Positions 1-9,633 of a stretch of DNA of 61,473 bases are shown here, piece after piece. Under the pieces are notes generated by a model that saw only the letters and a program-made list of their open reading frames with translations, searched no databases and had not been told where the DNA came from. The position numbers were made by a program, and so were the translations under genes. Position 1 is the first letter of the stretch. Each line of letters starts with the position of its first letter. The stretch comes from an uncultured virus (IMG/VR IMGVR_UViG_3300001687_000017) (Duplodnaviria > Heunggongvirae > Uroviricota > Caudoviricetes): the IMG/VR virus record IMGVR_UViG_3300001687_000017. One strand, given 5' to 3'.

Positions 1-2
1 CC

Positions 3-341
3 CACGGCGGCACGTCGCCAGTTGCGATCGGCGACGAGTACCTCAGCCTTTTTCAGTCCAGCAAGCTCGCTGCGGTAAATGGCCGCAAAGACTACTACGT
101 TGGCGTTTACGCTTTTGAGGCCAAGCCACCTTTTAGGGTTACGCGTGTGCCAAAAGAGCCTTTGATTTCTCCGCTGACCTGGCCCGAACATTCTGTCGGG
201 TTCAATGGGCACAACACTTTCTTTCCGTTGGGCCTTGCACGAGAGAACGACACCTGGAGGGTCAGTCTTGGGGATGACCGCGCCATGTGGCTGCTCGAAT
301 ACAGCACCGATGAACTCCTCGACGCAACCAAACCTGTTTGA
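3..341 (+). CDS. 5'-truncated beta-propeller glycosidase/glycosyltransferase-like protein (GH130-like)
   Basis: Frame is open from the window start: HGGTSPV..EYLSLFQS..YYVGVYAFEAKPPFRVTRVPKEPL..FFPLGL..VSLG, resembling five-bladed propeller glycoside-active proteins. Confidence 0.5.
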   Translation, partial: HGGTSPVAIGDEYLSLFQSSKLAAVNGRKDYYVGVYAFEAKPPFRVTRVPKEPLISPLTWPEHSVGFNGHNTFFPLGLARENDTWRVSLGDDRAMWLLEYSTDELLDATKPV

Positions 342-345
342 GCTG

Positions 346-933
346 ATGGAGCAGACGATGGGAATGCTCTGCTTTCCCAGGGCCACCCATCTGGCGCATT
401 ACCTTCTTCAGACGGCCACGGTTCCAGGAGCGGTGGCTGAATTTGGCTGCCACCAGGGCCGTACGGCGGCCTTTATGACGGCTCTGACCAAGAAGCACGT
501 TTACGTTTACGATAGCTTTGCCGGGCTGCCGCCACCGTCGGAGCATGACAGGCCATCGGAGGTCTTCCACGAGGGCGCGATGGCTATAAGCCCGCAAGAG
601 CTGGTAGACCTATTCAAGAGACTCGGGCTGCGCACACCGATCATTGAGCCCGGCTTCTTCAAGGACCTCCAGCCCCACCAGTTGCCCAAGGAAATCGCTT
701 TTGCCCACTTGGACGGCGACTTCTACGAAAGCATTGCGGGGCCGCTGTACGTGGTCTGGCCGAGGCTGTCGCCCGGAGGCTACATCGTGGTCGACGATTG
801 GGACTGGGACCAGCTACCGGGCGTCACGGACGCGGTCAAGGCGTGGTCGAAAGATATAGGGATCAAGCCGGAGGTTCAGTACGGCACGGACGGGGCAGGA
901 TGCCACCAGGCGGTGCTGCACAAACCTAGTTAG
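346..933 (+). CDS. TylF/MycF (macrocin O-methyltransferase) family SAM-dependent methyltransferase
   Basis: VPGAVAEFGCHQG, YDSFAGLP, FAHLDGDFYES and LSPGGYIVVDD motifs; start placed at the ATG just after the upstream stop (310 is possible). Confidence 0.85.
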   Translation: MEQTMGMLCFPRATHLAHYLLQTATVPGAVAEFGCHQGRTAAFMTALTKKHVYVYDSFAGLPPPSEHDRPSEVFHEGAMAISPQELVDLFKRLGLRTPIIEPGFFKDLQPHQLPKEIAFAHLDGDFYESIAGPLYVVWPRLSPGGYIVVDDWDWDQLPGVTDAVKAWSKDIGIKPEVQYGTDGAGCHQAVLHKPS

Positions 934-1120
934 GGACCGGTACGGCCTTAAGCTGAACCGGTTCAGGCTCGGCGGGCTTTGATTCGGCAAGGTGCTTCAT
1001 CACGTCCACGCTAACCTGAGCTGTCCGGTCCTCGACCAGCTGCTGGCCCGATTCCTCGACCGGGCGCGTTTCGGGCTCGAACTGACGGGCCAGGTCGATA
1101 TGCTCATGTAGGCGACTCAT
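926..1120 (-). CDS. Hypothetical protein (64 aa)
   Basis: ORF fills the gap between genes; GTAGTTA motif 6 nt before its ATG. Confidence 0.6.
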   Translation of the reverse strand: MSRLHEHIDLARQFEPETRPVEESGQQLVEDRTAQVSVDVMKHLAESKPAEPEPVQLKAVPVPN

Positions 1121-1121
1121 C

Positions 1122-1133
1122 GTTCTTAACTAC
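1122..1133. promoter_or_regulatory. Back-to-back putative phage promoters: GTTCT (+, primase) and GTAGTTA (-)
   Basis: The 14-bp spacer cgttcttaactacg between divergent start codons contains both recurrent motifs. Confidence 0.6.
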
Positions 1134-1134
1134 G

Positions 1135-2196
1135 ATGACTGGCGATCAGCTACGCGAAACGGTCGAGCAGCTCTTTCAGCCGGTGCCGCACCGCAGCACC
1201 GCGACGGAGCTGGCTTTCGTCTGCCCGCAGCCCGGATGCACGGATTCTTCCGGCCACCGATCCGTTAACCTGAAGACCGGCCAGACCAACTGCTGGATTT
1301 GCGGGGTCGGCGGCGATTTTGTGCGCTGGGCACAGCGGCTTGGCTACGCGGTCACGGAGGAACACCGGGTTACCAAGCCGATGGAGGAGGCTGAGTTCGA
1401 CCGCATCAGCCGGACTCCGGTCAATGACTTGCCGGTGGTCACCAATATCAAACTGCCGAAGGGTTTCAGGCTTTGCCGGGACTACCCGAACAGCGTTTAC
1501 ACGGAATTCATCGCCGAAATGGCCGAGCGCAAGGGACTGAAAATCGATGACCTCATGTCCGTGAGTGTGGGCTTTACGAAGACCGATCCGTTATGGGAGC
1601 CTTACGCGATCTTCCCCAGTTTCGAGTATGACAAGGTCGTTTACTATCAAGGCCGGACCTATGTCGACGAGCCCGACCAGAAAACCAAGAAGTTCCCCAG
1701 CCGCCGGGAAGTTCCCTACAGCGCCAAGTACTGGGTCTACGGCATTGACGAACTGCGCGCCGAGCGGCCCGAGACCGTGCTGGTCATGGAATCCATTTTG
1801 AACGTGCTGACCATGCGGCGGTTCATGCGCCGTCACAAAATCAAAGGCGTCGGTACAGCCTGTGTTTTCAGCCACAGCATCAGCGAGCCGCAGGCCACCA
1901 AACTCAGGCAGCTGGAATTCCTGAAGGAGGTTGTGCTTCTATTCGACCACGACGCGACTCGTCGCGGCTGGCAGAAATCGCCCAGGCTCGGCAACAAGTT
2001 CAACCTGACGATCGCGGACATGCCGCCTGGCCCCGGCGGCGAGAAGAATGACCCGAACGACGATCCAGAGGGTGCGTGGCGGGCTTTTGAAAAGCGCGAG
2101 CACGTGAATACTGTTTTGGCTGCTGGTGCCGACATGTTCGATTTCGACCGGGAACCGCTGGACGCTGATTCGTTTACGCGCCGACGCCGTTCTTAG
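1135..2196 (+). CDS. DNA primase (T4 gp61/DnaG-like, Zn ribbon + TOPRIM)
   Basis: CPQPGC...CWIC zinc ribbon, YYQGR, TOPRIM VMES and LLFDHD, C-terminal NDPND. Confidence 0.85.
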   Translation: MTGDQLRETVEQLFQPVPHRSTATELAFVCPQPGCTDSSGHRSVNLKTGQTNCWICGVGGDFVRWAQRLGYAVTEEHRVTKPMEEAEFDRISRTPVNDLPVVTNIKLPKGFRLCRDYPNSVYTEFIAEMAERKGLKIDDLMSVSVGFTKTDPLWEPYAIFPSFEYDKVVYYQGRTYVDEPDQKTKKFPSRREVPYSAKYWVYGIDELRAERPETVLVMESILNVLTMRRFMRRHKIKGVGTACVFSHSISEPQATKLRQLEFLKEVVLLFDHDATRRGWQKSPRLGNKFNLTIADMPPGPGGEKNDPNDDPEGAWRAFEKREHVNTVLAAGADMFDFDREPLDADSFTRRRRS

Positions 2197-2200
2197 GGGC

Positions 2201-2824
2201 ATGAAGCAAATCAAAGCGCTGTTTGGCAACCGTCTTGCCGTTCAACTGGCCGAAGAGGAATACGAGGGGCTGATTGTGACCGCTCCGACCGCGATGCGGA
2301 TGCACGTGCTGGCCAAAGTCATTGCCAAGGGGCCGGAGGTCAAAGGCATTGAGGTCGGCGACATCGTGTTTTACCAGAAGGTGATTCACCCGTTCGGGAA
2401 CGCGCAAACTGACCCGTTCGGTGACGCCAAGCGCTACGACCTTAATGGAACGCCCACTTTCATCGAGATGGCCGGTGACATGATCGCCAAACTCACGGCG
2501 CAAAAGGTCAAATTGGAGCATTTTCAGGCCATCGGGGATTGGTGCCTCTGCCGTAAGAAAGTGATCGAACCGAGCAAGCTGATCGTTGTGCCCGACACCG
2601 CCGAGGCTACGAACCAGGACATCATGGTCGAGTTCCACGTGGAACAAGTTGGTGAGTCGGTAAACATGGACTTGCCGCATGGGGCGGAGCTGATTCTGGA
2701 CCGGGGACGCGCCAACCCGCTACAAATCGAGCGCGAGGACTTCGTCTACGTCCACAAGAACTTCATCCTGGGCGTTCTTGGGTATCCGACGGACACAACA
2801 GAGCCTGAAGCGACCGGTAGTTAG
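2201..2824 (+). CDS. GroES/Cpn10-like co-chaperonin with two tandem domains
   Basis: Domain 1: IKALFGNRLAV..GLIV..AKVIAKGPEVKGIEVGDIVFY; domain 2: FQAIGDWCLC..LIVVPDTAE..VEQVGE..FVYVHKNFILGVL. Confidence 0.7.
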   Translation: MKQIKALFGNRLAVQLAEEEYEGLIVTAPTAMRMHVLAKVIAKGPEVKGIEVGDIVFYQKVIHPFGNAQTDPFGDAKRYDLNGTPTFIEMAGDMIAKLTAQKVKLEHFQAIGDWCLCRKKVIEPSKLIVVPDTAEATNQDIMVEFHVEQVGESVNMDLPHGAELILDRGRANPLQIEREDFVYVHKNFILGVLGYPTDTTEPEATGS

Positions 2825-2827
2825 GAC

Positions 2828-5800
2828 GTGGTAACGCTCACGCTTAACGGCGCTCCAGCACCAACAAGCTACGCTCTAGGGTCCGTTTACACGCTTCTGG
2901 CGCTGGTTGACGCGCAGGAGCCGCTTTCGGTTGAATGGTCGGTTGCCCGCCAGGGCGAGCCGCCCATCGCCGGTACCGGTCCCATTCGTTTTGAGCCGGT
3001 CGCCGCCGAGACTCACTATCTTCACGTCGCTGCCGTTGGCCAGGACGGTGTCCTCCAGCAAACCGTTTTCCAGCTTCAGGTCGTCGCTGCCGGGGCTTCT
3101 GCCATGTCGCCCACGATCCAGTGGTCGACGACCAGCCCCGCCATCCGCCAGACAGTTGTGGCAACCATTTCGGCGGCCAATCCCAGCACTGGGTCACGGC
3201 GTCCGCCGCGCAACATCGCCTGGACAGTCTACCTGAATGGCACACCCATCCTGGGCGGTGAGGGAGCCCAAACCGGCTTTCCGATCCTCTATCCTGGCGT
3301 TTACCGGCTCGTGGCAACGCTTGTGGACGAGGGAGGCAATTCGGCCACGGCGGACAGCTCGATCGTGGTTCCGGGTGGTTTTGAGCTTCAGACCGCCGTT
3401 GTGCCAAAACAGCCCACTGGGACTCTGTACTACTTGGGCAGCGTTTATTCTGCCACGGTCGAGGGCTACGCACAGCTGGCCACCGAGCTGCCTTACCTTG
3501 TCATTAGCGCCAACAGCGCGGTCCACCTGCTGCCGGGCACGACGCATGTCATCGCCGAAGTTGAGGAAGGCGGCGTTGTTCAAGATGAAGTCGTGCTCAG
3601 GTCCAGGCTGGGAAACTGGTCCCTGGTTGGCGGCCCAGGCGGCTTGACCACTGAGTCCCTGTTTTACGATTACGTCCCGGCAGTGCCGCTGCCCGCCCCG
3701 CACGACCGCCTGTTCCGCTACACGCTCGACCAATGGAAAGTGGGCGGCACTTCCGTTTCCGACTATCGGTTTCGGGTCCGGTTCAAGTGCTACCGCGAGG
3801 GCCAGAAGCTTTACGAGTACAGCGCCTGCCCGTACGCCAACTACCCAGGCGGTGAGGCGCTTCGCGAAAAGCGGATGGTGGCGTTGATCACGAACGTCGA
3901 TTTCAGGCTGGATGCCGAAAGCCCGGACAACCGCCTCGGTTCGACGGACACGATCACGTACACGACACCCAATCAGATCACGCTGGAAGGCAACTTTACG
4001 CCGGACGGTGCGCCCTACGGTGTCGCCTACCGCGAGGAAGACCACGGGTTCACGGCGCAGAACATCATCGCCAACTACGAGGCCGCCGGGCACCCGGACA
4101 TCAAAACCCACGCTGTTTACGGAATACCGGGCGTCCGGCCCGCCCTGCTGGACTTCACACAGCCTGGCCTGCCAAGGATCATTCAGTACGCCAAGCGCTT
4201 GCACGGTAAGCTGGTGGTCTACATGGCGGGCGGAGGCGTGTCCTACGACACGGTCATTTGGGCTCGAATTTATACCGGCAAGTCGCCGGGTTACCAGGTG
4301 GTCCGTCTGCGCTGCGCCGACGTGCTCTACAATGGCTCCTTGGAGCGCTACGTGAAAGTTGCCGAAGCGGACATTGACCTCAGCGACTTCGAGTTCGGCA
4401 AAGTCGGCTTGGCCATTGATTTGACGCTGGATGAGGCCGAGGCGCACACGACGCCCTACTATCGCACCGAGGATACCGACGATGCTTGGGAGACGGAGGA
4501 GGGCGGCTTTTTCTGGCAAGTGGAAGAGTCGGGCACCGACGTAAATTACCAGCCGCCTGAAATTGCGCCGGAAAGGGTCTACGCGACCTCGGGCAGCCAG
4601 GCCGTTCACTACGAGGGAGCCTGCTACTATAGGCCGGTTCCCGTGGCGGTCTTCGACGGCACCCACGCCGTCGCGGGCACAGTCATCGAGAGCTGTGCCG
4701 ATCCCGTTTGCGGCGACCGTGGCGTTTACTGCTACACCGACGGAACGAATTTTGCCCAAGTCATTCAGCCGCTGGATCACCCCGCGCCCTACTTGGCGTT
4801 TGCCAGCGACCAGGCTCATTGTTGGTACGACCCGTACTTCGTTGCCATTGCCGGGGACGGGACCGTGGCGATCAACGAGCCCTACCTGCCGTATTCGGGG
4901 ACAAGCGGCTGCGGCATAGGTTACGCTTACGCCAGCTGCGGATCACTCGCCGCCATCGCCGTCATTTACCCGGCGGCGGCCTCACCACACAGCTTTGTGG
5001 CCTACGGCAGCAACTGCTACGCGCTGAGTGGCAGCGTCGCGGACCTGCGCCCTTACGAGACTGTGGCTTTGGTGGCGGACGTGACTGCCGTAGCGAGCTG
5101 CGATGACGTAGCCTGTACGGGCAGCGATGCCTCGGGTGACTCGGCCTGGTACCTCGACCAGCACGGCCAGCGGGTCCAGGTCTACTTCCCGCATTTGAAT
5201 CAGGGAATTCCCAGCTACGGGGCGGCACAGGAGAGGATGAGCCCCGGCTATGGGAGGACGCCGCCGGGCCGCCTCTACTACAATTCCTGGGCGCAGCCGA
5301 TCTGGCCCATAATGACGGCGCAGGAGGCCGCCACGGTGGACTTCGTAATGACCCCGCTGGGCTGGACCCGGAAGCTTTACGTGCGCCGTGGCACTACCGT
5401 TACCGAGTACTCTTATGGCCTTGGCACGGTGCGCAAACGCATCGATTTGCAAGCCGGGGACCACGTCTTTCTTCAGTTCGGCTCCAGGTCGACCAATCTG
5501 GAAGGCTACGTGGACTACGCCAAGCGCGTAACGCTGCCCGCGTATTACGACAGCGCAGTCTTGGACACCGGTACGGCCTCCTCAATCAGGGCTCTTGGCT
5601 TCTGCGGCTTCTCCCAGGTCGAGGATTACGTTTTCTTCGGCACGCTGCCGGTAGAAACCGCCATGTCCCTGCCCAATCCCGACAGTATCGTCACTGTCAC
5701 TGGAAGCGGAGCGGAGGAGCAGCTTCTCGTCAGAACTTTTGCCTACGGCGATCGGTACTACCCGCTGTCCTGGCCAGCTTACGGCGGCGAGGTCCTCAAC

Positions 5801-6244
5801 ATGCCCGTGACCTTCAAATTTTACGCCGGGCGGAACATCGCGGGGCGGCATGGTGAAATGGATGTCTGGCTCGACCTGGATCAGAGCCTTCCCGGATTCC
5901 TCAAAGTCTCGCGCTATCACGTTTTGACCGCCGATGCGGGCCAATATCGCGTCACGGCGCAAATAGGCGACATCAACCGGCGCGGTTTGCGAGTTTCCTC
6001 CAGCACCGAGGCGAATGAGCTGCTCTTGCCGCGTGTCTACGCAACGACAGAAGGGCAAACGATCGTGGTCGTTGGCGGTGGCACCGAGATTTACCACGAT
6101 GGAAATGTTTACGCCGTAGTTGGAACTGACACAGGCATCTCGACCCAAGTCTACACAGCTCAGAGCGTATTTAGTGGTGGTGCCTGGACCACTGCGGATG
6201 GTTCGGCGTGGCTGACATCAGGAACGTTGCCTTGGCTCTCATGA
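2828..6244 (+). CDS. Large virion structural protein (N-terminal PKD/Ig-like repeats, Cys-rich middle)
   Basis: 1138 aa, beta-rich G/T/Y composition, PGVYRLVATLVDEGG PKD-like motif, GTAGTTA motif upstream. Confidence 0.6.
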   Translation: MVTLTLNGAPAPTSYALGSVYTLLALVDAQEPLSVEWSVARQGEPPIAGTGPIRFEPVAAETHYLHVAAVGQDGVLQQTVFQLQVVAAGASAMSPTIQWSTTSPAIRQTVVATISAANPSTGSRRPPRNIAWTVYLNGTPILGGEGAQTGFPILYPGVYRLVATLVDEGGNSATADSSIVVPGGFELQTAVVPKQPTGTLYYLGSVYSATVEGYAQLATELPYLVISANSAVHLLPGTTHVIAEVEEGGVVQDEVVLRSRLGNWSLVGGPGGLTTESLFYDYVPAVPLPAPHDRLFRYTLDQWKVGGTSVSDYRFRVRFKCYREGQKLYEYSACPYANYPGGEALREKRMVALITNVDFRLDAESPDNRLGSTDTITYTTPNQITLEGNFTPDGAPYGVAYREEDHGFTAQNIIANYEAAGHPDIKTHAVYGIPGVRPALLDFTQPGLPRIIQYAKRLHGKLVVYMAGGGVSYDTVIWARIYTGKSPGYQVVRLRCADVLYNGSLERYVKVAEADIDLSDFEFGKVGLAIDLTLDEAEAHTTPYYRTEDTDDAWETEEGGFFWQVEESGTDVNYQPPEIAPERVYATSGSQAVHYEGACYYRPVPVAVFDGTHAVAGTVIESCADPVCGDRGVYCYTDGTNFAQVIQPLDHPAPYLAFASDQAHCWYDPYFVAIAGDGTVAINEPYLPYSGTSGCGIGYAYASCGSLAAIAVIYPAAASPHSFVAYGSNCYALSGSVADLRPYETVALVADVTAVASCDDVACTGSDASGDSAWYLDQHGQRVQVYFPHLNQGIPSYGAAQERMSPGYGRTPPGRLYYNSWAQPIWPIMTAQEAATVDFVMTPLGWTRKLYVRRGTTVTEYSYGLGTVRKRIDLQAGDHVFLQFGSRSTNLEGYVDYAKRVTLPAYYDSAVLDTGTASSIRALGFCGFSQVEDYVFFGTLPVETAMSLPNPDSIVTVTGSGAEEQLLVRTFAYGDRYYPLSWPAYGGEVLNMPVTFKFYAGRNIAGRHGEMDVWLDLDQSLPGFLKVSRYHVLTADAGQYRVTAQIGDINRRGLRVSSSTEANELLLPRVYATTEGQTIVVVGGGTEIYHDGNVYAVVGTDTGISTQVYTAQSVFSGGAWTTADGSAWLTSGTLPWLS

Positions 6245-6399
6245 AACGACGAAGCTTCTTCCAACTTCTGGCGGCAGGCTTTGCGCTCCTCGTAAAAGGG
6301 TGCGTGATGCCGCCAATTCAGCCCTATAAAAACGCCTGGCTGACCGAGAACGGCGAGCCCTGGCTCACCGAGGATGGTAAACCCTGGCTGATTGAATAG
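6241..6399 (+). CDS. Small protein with Tat-like signal, lipobox-like Cys and WLTExG repeats
   Basis: MKRRSFFQLLAAGFALLVKGC; ATGA overlap with the upstream stop. Confidence 0.55.
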   Translation: MKRRSFFQLLAAGFALLVKGCVMPPIQPYKNAWLTENGEPWLTEDGKPWLIE

Positions 6400-6407
6400 G
6401 AAACGCT

Positions 6408-7328
6408 ATGCCAAAAGTCTCTCAATTTGACGTGGTGACCTCTGTGTCACCGATCGACGATTATGTGCCAATCATCGAGCTAACCGGCACTGCCCCGGAC
6501 ACCTACCGCCAGCGCAAGGTTCTCAAGGGCAATTTGTACGGATCGGCAGTCACGTACACCAGCACGGGCAATTACTACCCGGACGACGGTGTGGGATTCA
6601 TCAACATCAATCAAGCCACCGGCTCGGACCAGATCGACGTTCACCTTCCTCTAATTCCGCCGGGTAACACGATCGCGATTTACGTTCAAAACATCACGTT
6701 GATCGGCATTGGCTACGTGCGGATTCATGCGCCAAGTGGAAAGAAGATCGACAAGGCGGGCACGACTGCGGTGGGGCGCGACAGTGTTTTGCTACCCAAG
6801 GCTTTGGGCGCTGCCTATGGGCCGGTTGTGCTGATGGCGACTCCCAACCAGGACTACGCCTATGCCTCGGCCAATGTCGGCAGTGCCGGGATGAACTTCC
6901 TGTTTTTTCATAGTAGTAGCGTCAGTTTGCCGAACGGAACGGGTTGGCAGCCCTGGCCCAATTTGGCGGCGGCAACCATTATTTGGGATGACGCCTCGAT
7001 GTGGAACGCGTCAGCGACGCCAACGCCAGGCTTCAATGTGCTCGGCGTTGACGCCTACATGCTTAACTGGAGCCTCGGCCAGAATTCTCCTTTGGTCATT
7101 CCGGCGGGCGTCTCGCTGGAAATTGGTTTGGGGTTCTGGTCGGTGAGCAGCTACCAGGGAACGGCTTATCAGCAAATCGTGGGCGACGGCGTGACCGAGA
7201 ACAAATTCTACGGTCAGACCAGGTTCACTGGGTTCACATCGGTTGCGATGCACCCTGTTTTCAGGCACAACCACACATCTCCCATTGCCGTGGGCCAGCC
7301 TTATTGGAGCATCTATCGTTTCACCTAG
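6408..7328 (+). CDS. Putative tail fibre / receptor-binding protein
   Basis: N-terminal MPKVSQF..DDYVPII resembles fibre attachment segments; beta-rich C-terminus; lies in a structural gene run. Confidence 0.5.
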   Translation: MPKVSQFDVVTSVSPIDDYVPIIELTGTAPDTYRQRKVLKGNLYGSAVTYTSTGNYYPDDGVGFININQATGSDQIDVHLPLIPPGNTIAIYVQNITLIGIGYVRIHAPSGKKIDKAGTTAVGRDSVLLPKALGAAYGPVVLMATPNQDYAYASANVGSAGMNFLFFHSSSVSLPNGTGWQPWPNLAAATIIWDDASMWNASATPTPGFNVLGVDAYMLNWSLGQNSPLVIPAGVSLEIGLGFWSVSSYQGTAYQQIVGDGVTENKFYGQTRFTGFTSVAMHPVFRHNHTSPIAVGQPYWSIYRFT

Positions 7329-7879
7329 ACCCAGTCCGGCAGCTGTTCGGGCCGGTAAGGCAATTGCTTCTGCTTGAGCGCGACGCCCAGGCGATCACCG
7401 CGCTCCCTGAGCGAGGCTAGGAAGCCCATAATCGACTTGATGATGTGGGCTTCGGGGTCCTCCAAGCTTTCATCCAGCGCCACGTAAACGGGCGGCCCAC
7501 TGGCCTCCTTGCCCACCACGATTTGGATGGCGAACTCGCTTTTGATTTCGTCGGCCAGGCGGTAGATGCAGCCACCGTGTTTGGCCTTCCTACCCTGTGC
7601 CCCGACGGTCCAGGACGTGACATAGGCGACGTTCTCAGGCCGCTGAACCCGGAAATCGAGCAGAACGCCCGCGTAGTGCATCGAGACGCTGTGCTCGCAC
7701 TCGTAATGGGTCTGAAAGCCAAGATCGCGCAGGATGCCCGCCACGCGCTTTATTCCCGCCCTGTAGGCGTCGACGCGTTCCTCGCGGGACAAGGCTCGGC
7801 GCGGCTGCGGCAGCTGATCTGAGCGAACAACAAGGCCGTTGGCGTCCGCGATCCACGTAAGCTGCTTCTGTTCAGCCAT
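7325..7879 (-). CDS. Hypothetical protein
   Basis: 184-aa ORF, GTTCT-N7-ATG upstream. Confidence 0.7.
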   Translation of the reverse strand: MAEQKQLTWIADANGLVVRSDQLPQPRRALSREERVDAYRAGIKRVAGILRDLGFQTHYECEHSVSMHYAGVLLDFRVQRPENVAYVTSWTVGAQGRKAKHGGCIYRLADEIKSEFAIQIVVGKEASGPPVYVALDESLEDPEAHIIKSIMGFLASLRERGDRLGVALKQKQLPYRPEQLPDWV

Positions 7880-7891
7880 ACCCTATAGAAC

Positions 7892-7921
7892 AAAAAGCCG
7901 TCTCCCCGGAGGAAGACGGCT
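7892..7921 (-). terminator. Intrinsic terminator
   Basis: Minus strand AGCCGTCT-loop-AGACGGCT followed by a T run, just after the 7943 stop. Confidence 0.75.
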
Positions 7922-7942
7922 GTGTGAAGACTGCTAACCAGA

Positions 7943-8455
7943 TTACTGGTAGCGCGGATCGGCGGTCGGGTCGATGGCACCACTGCCAGAATTGACCGAA
8001 CCCCACTTCTTCCGCAGCTCGGGCGGCGCAAACGCGTCGTCCACAGTCCAGCCACGGCGTCCGACGGCGACCAGGTCGATCTGCGCTCCACGGATGTCAC
8101 CCTTGTTGTGGATGACCGCCGTGATGTTCGCAGTGGTGGACGTGACGTATTTGCTCACTCCACCCACGGTGACCGTCGCGGCAACGCCGGAGCCGAAAAA
8201 GCCGACCCGCCTTGAGAGCAGGTTGTAGCTGATCGTCCGTTTGCCACGGGCAGCGACCGAGTACTGGGCACCAACGTTCGCATAGCCGGACGGCGAGGTC
8301 GTTCCGTCGTACCGGCGCAGCTGGAAGGCCAGCGCAATATCACCAGTATTCTCGACAAGGAAGTCGACCGCACCGAGCCGTTCGTTTGCGGCCTGGGCGT
8401 AGCCACGCAAGGTGGTTGCGTCATTGCCGAAACCGATTGAGCTTAGTTGGTTCAT
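7943..8455 (-). CDS. Hypothetical, probably virion protein
   Basis: G/T/A-rich beta composition, biased codons, followed by a terminator; start at MNQLSS (8488 GTG possible). Confidence 0.6.
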   Translation of the reverse strand: MNQLSSIGFGNDATTLRGYAQAANERLGAVDFLVENTGDIALAFQLRRYDGTTSPSGYANVGAQYSVAARGKRTISYNLLSRRVGFFGSGVAATVTVGGVSKYVTSTTANITAVIHNKGDIRGAQIDLVAVGRRGWTVDDAFAPPELRKKWGSVNSGSGAIDPTADPRYQ

Positions 8456-8595
8456 ACTTTGTTCCTGTTGGTTTCTGTTGCCCGCCACTCAGCGAGCTGT
8501 TGTTCACGCTAAAAACCTGGTAACGGGCCTCGGTGCTTCCTTCGATTGAACTTCAATTGTTAAAGTTGGCGGCCCGTAACAGCGAGTGCGATCCG

Positions 8596-9633
8596 TTATT
8601 CCGCTTCAACCAGCTCCAAGCCAAGTTCCACTAGCTCCTCGGGCTCGATTTCGATGTTGCGGGTTCCAGGCGGCACGCGCTCTGTGTAGCGCCGCATCAC
8701 GTCCTCCCTGGACCAAAGTTTTTGCGCATCGGCGGCCTTGGCGACTTCGGTCGGAAGCTCGAAGCTGTAGACCGGTTCGGCGCGGCCCATCAGTGGATGA
8801 GCGTAGAACGCTTCCGCCTCGTCCGAATTGGCCAACAGGACCTGGAAGCGGTCTTCGCTTTTATCGCTCGCCTCCTTGCGCCAGGTATCGAAATCGACCA
8901 CGCGATAGCGCGGGTAGCCAGGCAGCGGGACCCAGGTGATGTCGAAGGTATCCAGGTCAAAGACGGCCACGCGCTTGTCTTCGTCGCGTTCCCCGAAGTC
9001 CTGCTGGAACGGGCTCCCCACGTAGAAGCCTGATTTGCCGACTTTCTGCGGCTTGTGGATGTGTCCCAGGAATGTGACGCTGAAAGGCTTGAGCGCTGCC
9101 GCTGGAATGCCAGTTACGGCCTGGCCGCTGTTGAGCAAGCTGCCGACGACCTGGAAATGGCCGAGCAGCACGGAATCGCGTCCGTGTACTTTGTGCCCGG
9201 TGTGCTTCAGCCAGTCGGTAAGGACACCGTCCGTCGACGGAAACGCGGCGCAGGCAATATAGAGGTCGTCAAACTCAATCAGGTCCGTGCGGTCGACGAT
9301 CCGAAACGTTTTCCTAAACATTCTGCCGACGTGGACGGTGGTGTCGCGCAGGTACTGCTCGTGGTTGCCGATCAGCTTGATGTTCAGGTCGTGGGTCGGG
9401 AACGGCTCCAGGCCCTCCATGACCGCGTCGATCGCGGGGACGGGCAAGGAACTGCGGTCATCGGTCGTGTCCCCGAGGTCCCACAGGCAGTCGCAGCGGT
9501 GTTCCTCAAAGACGGCGTGGAGGTCCCGGTAGAACTTGCGCACGCGCATCAGCTGGAGCGGCACGTTGGCATCGAGAAAGGACATTTCATGCCCGTCGGT
9601 GGCCTGGAGGTCGGTGTAAATCAGGGCTTTCAT
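8596..9633 (-). CDS. SbcD/Mre11-like recombination endonuclease subunit (T4 gp47-like)
   Basis: Metallophosphoesterase motifs YTDLQ, LGDTTD, IGNHE, LGHF, LGHIHKPQ, YVGSPFQQDFGE. Confidence 0.9.
   Translation of the reverse strand: MKALIYTDLQATDGHEMSFLDANVPLQLMRVRKFYRDLHAVFEEHRCDCLWDLGDTTDDRSSLPVPAIDAVMEGLEPFPTHDLNIKLIGNHEQYLRDTTVHVGRMFRKTFRIVDRTDLIEFDDLYIACAAFPSTDGVLTDWLKHTGHKVHGRDSVLLGHFQVVGSLLNSGQAVTGIPAAALKPFSVTFLGHIHKPQKVGKSGFYVGSPFQQDFGERDEDKRVAVFDLDTFDITWVPLPGYPRYRVVDFDTWRKEASDKSEDRFQVLLANSDEAEAFYAHPLMGRAEPVYSFELPTEVAKAADAQKLWSREDVMRRYTERVPPGTRNIEIEPEELVELGLELVEAE

Noticed and set aside
927..933. CTAGTTA resembling the late motif
   Set aside because: It is the overlap of two convergent stop codons and no start codon follows
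8596..9633. Defence-associated phosphoesterase
   Set aside because: Motifs and length fit an ordinary gp47/SbcD recombination nuclease
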